In this document: piece after piece, positions 51,580 to 59,866 of the stretch
Layout: each line of letters starts with the position of its first letter
How positions within the stretch are numbered: the stretch's first letter is position 1
NCBI GenBank assembly: GCA_030324005.1
Contig: JARDVH010000059.1
Span: 76,273,088-76,332,953, forward strand
From: Negaprion brevirostris
Taxonomy: Eukaryota
Length of the DNA: 59,866 nucleotides
Reading direction: 5' to 3'
Program-made: the position numbers and the translations under genes
Notes under the pieces: generated by a model
What the model was told of the DNA's origin: nothing
Database searches by the model: none
Seen by the model: the letters and a program-made list of their open reading frames with translations, nothing else

Positions 51580-52810
51580 CATACGCGGGTCATGAATTCC
51601 GTGCCTGCAGCAGCAATGAGATTACTTTGCAAAGTACTCTCATTTGAAAAATCAAGTTATCATCAACAAACATTAAGCCCCAGGTTAAGGCATTTGGAGC
51701 GGATTCTCCGTGAACTTGGACCTGGATCAGTGTCACACAGTAACAGGTTGGACTCCAAGCAACACATTTGGGCCATTGTATTCTGCCCTTCTCGGTTAAT
51801 TAAGCGGGACAAAAGACAAAAATCCCTTACCTGACCCCCCTTTTTAAAGAAAACCTCGAATCCTTAGGTAGCCCGAGTTAAAGACGACTGGAAGGTCGAA
51901 AAGGTCAATTTCAATGTCTGTTCTGACGTTTGTCTTTTTATTTACAGTGAAACAAAACCTGAGCAAACATTCACCCCTTCGCAAAACATCGCAACTCCAA
52001 TTCTTCCTCTTCCTCCTTTCATAATGCACTAACTGAAAACTCTTGCACAGACAAGCTTTCACCTCCTGTCAACTTCATTGGAGGGCACTCTGTACACACT
52101 GCTTAGCAAAGGGGTGGAGACACCGAGACTATTGGTCAGCCGCATCCCTGAGAAGCCTGCATCTTCAAATCGGAGCATTGGGACACCGATTATTATCAAT
52201 ACATGTCACCTTGCTAGCTGCTGTCAAACAACACAGGATAGCTTAGCATTTCAACTCCAACAGTGGGGAAAGGTGGAGTGCGCTGTTCTATTGCGAAGGA
52301 GGAAATGGTATTAATAAATTATGAACCAGCTAATCCAGTGGACTCAGATAAATGTTTAAAATGCATCTCTCTCTCTCCCGGCGCTCGGTTGTGGCAAAGT
52401 TGATTTTTTAAAAAAAGTAGTGTGCAGCAGAGGAATTTAAAGCCAATTCGAGGATAGACAAATATTCACCGCTCACGGCATTTTGTGTTACATTATCAAA
52501 TTCAGCAACACTGCCCAGAGATGGCTGTTCGTCCCTTTGCGCACCGACTTCAGGGGGTGAATATCAACCGTCATTAATGTCCTGTTTCGAAAGCAAACGA
52601 AATAACTTGCAGCTCATTAAGTTGTTAAGGAAACTACTTGAAGCACATTTATTGGCGATATATTCCGAATGCTATCTGAAGATGGTTTTAAAAAGTCTCA
52701 AATTTATATCAGGCATTTGACGATCTTGTACTTTTGAAGTGTATCTACTGTTTGAATGTCTTTAAGACTTGAATTGCTGTAAAGACTCGCATTCTAATCA
52801 GTATTCCGTA
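51580..52810 (-). promoter_or_regulatory. CpG-retaining promoter region with three CCAAT boxes and a CACCC box
   Basis: Visibly higher CpG density than the CpG-depleted flanks; ATTGG at 52077, 52131 and 52177 (CCAAT on minus); ggggtgg at 52111. Confidence 0.6.
51831..52034 (-). other. Candidate non-coding first exon of an unidentified minus-strand gene
   Basis: Initiator-like TCAGTT (A at 52034); strong donor CAG|gtaagg at 51831/51830; no ATG-initiated frame stays open across the donor; lies within a CpG-retaining region. Confidence 0.55.
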
Positions 52811-52950
52811 AACTGAGTGTGTGCCTTTATATGCCCTGTTTGTGATCAGAACTCCCCACTCATCTGAGGAAGGGGAAAAGCCCTGAAAGCTAGTGGCTTT
52901 TGCTACCAAATAAACCTGTGGGGCTTTAACCTGGTGTTGTGAGAATTCTT
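52745..52950 (+). mobile_element. Penelope-like terminal fragment (second family)
   Basis: ...ctgaggaagggg...gaaagctagtgg...ccaaataaacctgt...tttaacctggtgttgtgaga; same family as 9159-9247. Confidence 0.75.
52861..52895 (+). ncRNA. Minimal type I hammerhead ribozyme motif with intact catalytic core
   Basis: CAT-CTGAGGA-AGGG-gaaaag-CCCT-GAAA-GCTA-GTG: CUGANGA and GAAA boxes, paired stem II, palindromic AGCT stem III, UH site (CUA). Confidence 0.7.
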
Positions 52951-53064
52951 AGAATGCAGAGTAGACAGCTGTCAATTTCAAAATGGCATGGTCACATATA
53001 AACTCCAGATAATCTCTTTTAGTGATTTCGGCTCTGAACCAGGACTCCCAAATCCCTTTAGGCT

Positions 53065-54040
53065 TCGGAAATCTGAAGCACAAAGGGACTTGGGAGTCCT
53101 GGTTCAGGACTCTGTTAAAGTTACGTTGGCAGTTAGGGAGTCAAATTCAATGTCGGTGTTCATTTTTAGAGTGCAAGAGCACAAGATCAGGGATGTACTG
53201 CTGAAGCTGTATAAGGCTCTGGTCGGACCCCACTTGGAATATTGCGAGTGTTTTTGGGCCCATTCCTAAGGAAGGATGTGTTGGCCTTGGGTGGGGTCCA
53301 GAGGACTTTCACAAGAATGATCCCAGGAATGAAGGGTTTGTTATATGAGGAACAGTTGAGGAGTCTGGGAAGATGTAGAAGCTATTGAGAGGGTACAGAG
53401 GAGATTTACAAGGATGTTGCCTGGACTGGGAGGCATGCCTTATGAANNNNNNNNNNNNNNNNNNNNNNNNNNNNNNNNNNNNNNNNNNNNNNNNNNNNNN
53501 NNNNNNNNNNNNNNNNNNNNNNNNNNNNNNNNNNNNNNNNNNNNNNTTGGTAGGTGTTGATGTGATCGGCGCAACTCGTGGGCCGAAGGGCCTGTTTGTG
53601 CTGTAGTGTTCTACGTTCTATGTTTTATACTCAACAGAGTTTAGAAGGATGAGGGGGGATTTAATTGAAACTTACACAATATGGAGAAGCCCAGATAGAG
53701 TGAATGTGGAGAGGATGTTTTCACCAGTGGAAGAGACTAGAACTTGAGGGCACAACTTTGGGTGAAGGGATACTCCTTTGAAACTGAGTTGAGCAGGAAT
53801 TTCTTCAGCCAGAGGGTGGTGAATCTATGGAACTCATTGTCACAGAGGGCTGTGGAAGCCAGGTCATTGAGTGTCTTTAAAACAGAGATAGATAAATTCT
53901 TGATCATTAAGGGGATCAAGGGTTATGGGTAGAAGGCAGGAAAATGGGGATGAGAGTCATATCAGCTATAATTGAATGATGGAGAAGGTTCAATGGGCTG
54001 AATGGCCTAATCCTGCTCCTTTATTTTATGATTTTACGGT
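53065..54040 (+). mobile_element. CR1 LINE 3' ~700 bp with a second CR1 fragment nested (53370-53625)
   Basis: ORFs QRDLGVLV, LLKLYKALVGPHLEYC, RNFFSQRVVNLWNSL; CR1 3'UTR aatggcctaatcctgctcct. Confidence 0.93.
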
Positions 54041-54049
54041 CTTCATCAA

Positions 54050-54250
54050 TATTGCCTAGGACAATGGGGAGAGTTCCCTGCTCTTCTCAAAATAGGCCAT
54101 GGGATCTTCCAGATCCACCTGAAAGGGCAGATGAGACCTCCATTTTGTTCTTCATCACCTCTTATAGCTGAGCATTAATCTACATTTTATAATCAAAAGC
54201 AGGGCACGAACCCAAAATGTTTTGATCCAAGAGAAAAGTGTCCCATCATC
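54050..54250 (-). mobile_element. Deu-domain SINE fragment
   Basis: tccctgctcttctcaaaataggccatgggatctt...atccacctgaaagggcagatg. Confidence 0.65.
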
Positions 54251-54704
54251 TAAACTAAGACCAGTAGCTTTTCTTCTTACTTATTCCAACCGCCACCTAA
54301 AACTTGAATTAACTTCCTAAAACATATATTCTACCTTTGGTTCAACAAGAGTGGAAACACAATCGTTTTAGTTTTGAGTCTCTGGATGCAAGTATAATGG
54401 AACCTGTTGCACAATGCATTGAGATCATGGCTGATCTATATTTTAACACTATTTACCACCTTGATTCTGTAACCCTTCATACCCTTGCCCAACAAAAATC
54501 TATCAATCTCAATTTTGAATTTTTGAATTAATCTAGCCATGACAACTTTTTGAGGGAAAGAGTTCTAGGTTTACATTCCCTTTCATGTGAAGAAAGTAAA
54601 TATAAATTGCTTCTTTACACTAAAAATGCAAAAACAAATTGATGGGATTTCTTGAAAATGCAGAGCTCAACATTACAACAGAACTAGAATTACAGCAGGA
54701 AAAG

Positions 54705-55008
54705 AGATCATAGAATCCCTACAGCACAGAAAGAAGCCATTCAGCCCAATGAGTCTGTACTGACCACAATCCCACCCAGGCCCTATTCCCACAACCCCAC
54801 ACATTTACCCTGACACTGAAGTAGAATTTAGCATGGCCAATTTACCTAACCTGCACATCTTTGGACTGTGGGAGGAAACCGAAGCATCCAGAGGAAACCT
54901 ATGCAGACTCGGGGGAAAGTGCAAAAATCCACATAGATAGTGGCCCTAGGCCAGAATTGAATCTGGATCTCTGGCAGTGTGAGGCAGCAGTGCTAACAGT
55001 GCCACCCC
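54705..55008 (-). mobile_element. HE1-type V-SINE
   Basis: atcatagaatccctacag...ctttggactgtgggaggaaacc...tgtgaggcagcagtgctaac. Confidence 0.9.
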
Positions 55009-55614
55009 TAGATGTGGTAACCATTTTTAAATTCAGTAGAATGGGATACAGTGGAACCTATTAATATAATCTGCCTTCAACCAAACCCTTTACTTTGCAA
55101 CTTGCAAAAAATTATGACAATTGAAGGGAAAGAAATAATGGTAATTGATCCATTCCTCTTTTGGTTCATATATCCACAGTATGAAGATCAAGTAAGAAAA
55201 TTAAGGTCCACTTATTGAGGAGTAACATTCAGTTTTGTTGCATAGGGATAACTTGGCAGCGCAGAACATTTACCTTCATAGAAATTTCCATCTTTTAAAA
55301 TTAAGATTGAGAGGTCGATCCATAAAAGGAGACTGATGTGTTTCATAAGGGCAGTGACAATACTGAAAATGATCCCAATGTATTTGAATACAGGGAAGAG
55401 AGTATGGTTACATACTAAACTAACAAGGATCAAATATTTAAAGATCAAACCCCTACAAGTGCAAAAGTTTCCTTCCCATATTTGTAGAAATTAAAATAAA
55501 GCACAATAAAGCTGAGATTGGGGATATACCACACCCGTAGATGCACCAATATTTTCTCTTCAAAGTGTCTTATGCAACTTTAACTTAAGTAAGTTTGGTT
55601 GTACACATGATTGG

Positions 55615-55925
55615 GTGGCATGGTGGCACAGTGGTTAGCACTGCTACTTCACAGTGCTAGGGACCCAGGTTCAATTCCTGGCTTGGGTCACTGTCAATGT
55701 GGAGTTTGCATGTTCTCCCTGTGTCTATGTGGTTTTCCTTTAGGTGCTCTGGTTTCCTTCCAAAGTCCAAAGATGTGTGGATTAGATAGATTGGTCATGC
55801 AAAAATTGCCCCTTAGTGTCAGACTGACTAGCTAGCGTGGGGTTATGGGGATAGGGTCTGGGTGGAATTATGGTTGGTGTAGACTTGATGGGCTGAATGG
55901 CCTCCTCCTGCACTTATGATTCTAT
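55615..55925 (+). mobile_element. HE1-type V-SINE, full length
   Basis: ggtggcatggtggcacagtggttagcactgc...ggttcaattcc...gaatggcctcctcctgcac. Confidence 0.92.
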
Positions 55926-56574
55926 AAAAGCAAATTGTAAATTACAATTCGAAATCAAATTCAAAGGTTACTGACGTTAATATTGTGTTAATTTTCTCAA
56001 TTAAAAATGGTGATAGTAAAAAGCTGAACAGCATGTTATGTTTTTGACTTGAAGTTTATAAAAGCTGTGTGAAAATAATTCACAGCTCATTATAGAAAAA
56101 AATGCATCACATAGAAACTCAATTAATAACTGGACAAAAAAGCTTTTAGTGTGTGCATTAAACTTTTAAAGTTCAAATTTGCATGAGGATTTTATAAACA
56201 CACTGTATAACATAAGTCTTACTCATAATACGTTGAACTTCCACAAGGTGACTATTAAAAATATCAGTAACAAGAAAGATCAATGAGCTAATTTTCATTT
56301 TCAGTGCTTGAGCAGTTGGCTGGCACAGGATAGCACCCACTCATGGTAGAACCCGTGAATTCCAATGAGAGGAAGGTGGGAGGTTTTAAAAGACCAGGCA
56401 GTCGTCTCTCTGCCAACTTAATGCCAAGCAGTGAAGATGCAAATTGTGCCCCAGTGCTTTCCTCATTGCCAACAGAAACAATGTGACCAAACTGACTTGC
56501 TAAAATATATCTCAGCAAAGTTCTCACTGAAATATAACCGTTTGAAAGGTGATGAATCAGTTGCTTTTTTTAAA

Positions 56575-57155
56575 ATCCTTTGTAGGACATGGCCAGCATT
56601 TATTGCCCATCCCTAGTTGCCTGAGGGCAGTTGAGAGTCAACCACATTGCTGTGGCTCTGAAGTCACAAGTAGGCCAGACCAGATAAGGACGGCAGATTT
56701 CCTTCCCTAAACGACTTTAGTGAACTAGATGAGTTTTTCTGACATTGGACCATGGTTTCATGGTCATCATTCTTAATTCCAGATATCATCGAAACCTACA
56801 GTACAGAAAGAGGCCATTCAGCCTATTGAGCTGCATCGACCACAATCCAACCCAGGCTGCACCCCCATATCCCTACATATTTTACCCACTAATCCTTCTA
56901 ACCTATACATCTCGGGACACTAAGGCGCAATTTTAGCACGGCCAATCAACCTAACCCACACATCTTTGGACTGTGGGAGGANNNNNNNNNNNNNNNNNNN
57001 NNNNNNNNNNNNNNNNNNNNNNNNNNNNNNNNNNNNNNNNNNNNNNNNNNNNNNNNNNNNNNNNNNNNNNNNNNNNNNNNNGCCTGGGTGGGATTGTGTT
57101 TGGTGCAGACTCGATGGGCTGAAGGGCCTCTTTCTGCACTGTAGGGTTCTATGAT
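56575..57155. mobile_element. tRNA-SINE (-) followed by HE1 SINE pieces (56785-56981 -, 57082-57155 +) around a gap
   Basis: ccagcatttattgcccatcccta...gagagtcaaccacattgctgtgg; HE1 tails on both sides of the N run. Confidence 0.8.
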
Positions 57156-57159
57156 CTAC

Positions 57160-57580
57160 TCCATGCTTGAGAGATTTTAGCAAAAGGTTAGGATGGAGAA
57201 ACTGGCTTTGTTTCTCTTGGAGCAAGTAATATTAAGGGGAGATTTGAAAGAGTGTTAGAAAATATGGTGGGTTTAGATAAGTTTGCCCAAAAAAAAGCAG
57301 TTCCCAAGGACGAGGGGACACTGGTCTATAATTTTGGGCTAAAGATGTGGAGGGATGTGAGAATTTTTTTTAATGCAGTGAATGGTAATGACCTGGAACT
57401 ACGAGGGTGGTGGAAGTGGAGAGGATTGATGATTTTGAAAGGAAATTAATGGCCAATTGAGGGAAATAAGCTCTCAGAGCTATGGGAATATAGTGGAGAA
57501 ATAGATCTGACCAGAGTGCTCTACAGAAAGCTGCATTGTCTTGATGGTCTGGAGGCTTCTTTTTGTTCCACAATGACTCT
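57160..57580 (+). mobile_element. CR1 3' end, decayed
   Basis: gctttgtttctcttggagcaa...aggggagatttga (~LFSLEQRRLRGDL); ORF 57252. Confidence 0.75.
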
Positions 57581-58559
57581 AAAGCCTAGATTTTTGCTAC
57601 TGCGGTGGGTAGGTTGACTCAGGAAATTTCTTGACTCTCCAAACCTGCCTCAGCAGAAAAGTCCCTGATTTACATGATCTTCACTCCAGGGGTGTAGGAT
57701 AGGGACAGGCCGACCATCCCCCCCGGAAGCAAAGCATAGATGACCACACAATGGCGAGTGCCAAGGTGGGCAGGTTAAAAGGCCCACCTCAGTTCTGTGG
57801 AACTTTGCATTGTGACATTTCAAGCCTCCATCCAAAGATACTAAAAGCATTGCCTTTCAAGAAAAACCTTTTAAAAATAAATTATTAGAAATCATTACTT
57901 TGAATAAATAATTATCAAATTATCAAAGGCAGCACTCTAACACTGTCCCTCCTATCGTCTTGTTTCTTCAATTAAAACTGAGTTTATGAGACAGCATTTT
58001 CCACAGAGCAACCCCCTCACACCTAATCTCCATGACCCATTACACTCTCCATGCCAACTCATGCCAACCCACCCCATTTTAGCACCTTATAAGGTCCATA
58101 TCTACTCACCCTGTATCCATGGGTGGACTGCTATGTTGAGATGAAATTAAATCAAACTCTAAAACTCTAATATTGTATTTGTTATATAAAAAACCTCTCA
58201 TTTTTGAAAGCACATTCAAACCTTTTAAATGTTACATGGTTAATCTGGTATAAAAAAAATTTCCACAACTTACCTCACATCAAAGACAGCTAGTCAAATA
58301 ATAATCTCTTCAATGTTGCTTCTCAAACTGCTGCTTTCTTATTGTTCTATCAGAGAACGCCTGAGCACTCACCAGTACAGAAAAAACTTCAAATTATTTT
58401 ATCATTGATTATGCATAAGGCAGTACATTCAAATTACATTCAATATTCTGCATACTTTACACAAATGATTGTGTTTTATTCACATATAAAAGTATACATG
58501 TGCATTAAAAGTGGTGAATGATCAAGATGTTCCAATGAAATTGCATCTGGAGGTATGCA

Positions 58560-58695
58560 GCGGGATTTTCCAGCTACACTTGTCCTAAAACCAGAATCCA
58601 AAGCCAGAAAATCCTGCCCAAAGTCAACGGATCTTTGCATGGAAGATGTCCCGCCTGCTACAATTCCTGTAGCAGATAGGATGGGAAAATTCCAC
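58560..58695. mobile_element. Short MITE-like element
   Basis: Inverted termini ggattttcc ... ggaaaattcc; related fragment at 22655-22730. Confidence 0.5.
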
Positions 58696-59389
58696 CTCAG
58701 GTCCACTTAATAAGGTAATGACCTATCAGAATGGCATGGCAGGCTGCTGTACTGTTGTATTGCTTAAGATGTTCAGAAGTGCAAGTTCCACCAGCTCTTA
58801 CAGATTATTTAATTTTCCTGGCTAGTTTAATCTCTTATTCTATATTGTTCCTTTTTTATTAATTTACTGATGACTCTTTGTGAGTTTTTCAAACACTCCA
58901 AATCTCTGTTGAACTGGGAAAGAAATGAAAATATGCAACATTCCCAATAATACCTTTCAATCCATTGTGTGCATAGGAGTGTAAATGGCTCATAGTCTCA
59001 TTGAATGGAAGTTTAGGTGTATCGATGAGATTGGGAATTATCTGTTTGGAAAATCTTCCTCTCTACCACAGACTGCTTACTTGCAAAATCTGAAGGGAAG
59101 TTATCAAGCATTAGCAAATCACTGTCATTGCCACAATAAAAAAAGTAGTTTTGAGGCATTAGTCCAACCCATCAGGCCACTTGAGCAGTCAGCAAAGTAA
59201 TTGTGTCAATGATGAAACTTAGCTTAACCTTTAGCACTTGATTTAGAAATTCAGAACTGTAAAAAGAAATTGCAAGCAAATTAAAATACTACAGCAGGAG
59301 GCTGACTTTGTAGTTTTAAAATTAGGTAAGAGTCATAAAGTCTTTATACAAGTCAATATTATTAGCTATTGCACAGCAAGTGAAGATCT

Positions 59390-59866
59390 TAGTGCTATTT
59401 AAACAGTGCTAAAGTCAAGAAGTTGGTGCAAGTGGGAAATTGATTCTGAGGGGAGAGGAGATTTTTGTTCTTTTTGTTTTACCTCCAGTAGCTGGTGAGT
59501 GTTTNNNNNNNNNNTGTTTTTCTTTTGTCTCTAGGCTCAGAAACTGCAACTTACAATTACTTTATTAAGTTAACTCACTAATTAACTCAATAAATAAGAA
59601 CAGTCAAACATGGCAGGCGGTGTGCTACAGCTGCACTATGTCGAAGTTTGTACAACAGATCCCAGAGCTGCTAAGCTGGGATTTGAGCTACGGACGTTGC
59701 AGACCACAAAGTAAAGATTTGAAGTTTATTTATTAGTCATAAGTAAGGCTTACACTGCAATGAAGTTACTGTGAAATTCCCCATCAAGGAGAGGAAAGAG
59801 TTACCTGGATGCTTTGTTCCAGAACGCAGTCACATCACTTAGGTTAAATACATCTCTGGGAGTTGG
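59390..59866 (+). mobile_element. CR1 LINE 5'UTR and decayed ORF1 start, with a V-SINE tail inserted (59710-59785, -)
   Basis: atggcagg...tgctacagctgcactatg (~MAG..CYSCTM, ORF1 zinc-finger start), tttgagctacggacgttg (~FELRTL), agttacctggatgctttgttccagaacgcagtcaca (SYLDALFQNAVT). Confidence 0.65.

Noticed and set aside
56785-57155. Apparent SINE inverted repeat across a gap
   Set aside because: The junction is hidden by Ns and may be a mis-join of two SINE copies.
1-59866. Prokaryotic-type systems (CRISPR arrays, operons, defence genes)
   Set aside because: The sequence is vertebrate repeat-rich non-coding DNA, with no regularly spaced repeat-spacer array or dense ORFs.

Overview
Vertebrate genomic DNA, most likely from a shark or other cartilaginous fish (inferred from HE1/V-SINEs, Deu-domain SINEs and abundant CR1/L2 LINEs), from a gapped draft assembly. 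I find no intact, recognisable protein-coding gene; the ORF track is almost entirely repeat-derived or chance ORFs. A large share of the window is transposon debris: CR1 and L2 LINEs, a single-ORF CR1-like LINE with a tRNA-like 5' head and its matching SINE, Penelope-like fragments with minimal hammerhead ribozyme motifs, Rex1 3' ends and an internally deleted Gypsy element with both LTRs. The unique sequence looks intronic for a minus-strand transcription unit, whose CpG-retaining candidate promoter and non-coding first exon lie at about 51.8-52.2 kb; I cannot name the gene. Most notable: the tRNA-headed LINE/SINE pair, a core-intact hammerhead at 52.86 kb, a ~155-bp-arm inverted repeat at 50.1-50.5 kb and a candidate 24-nt microexon at 17.4 kb. 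Repeat boundaries are read by eye and approximate.
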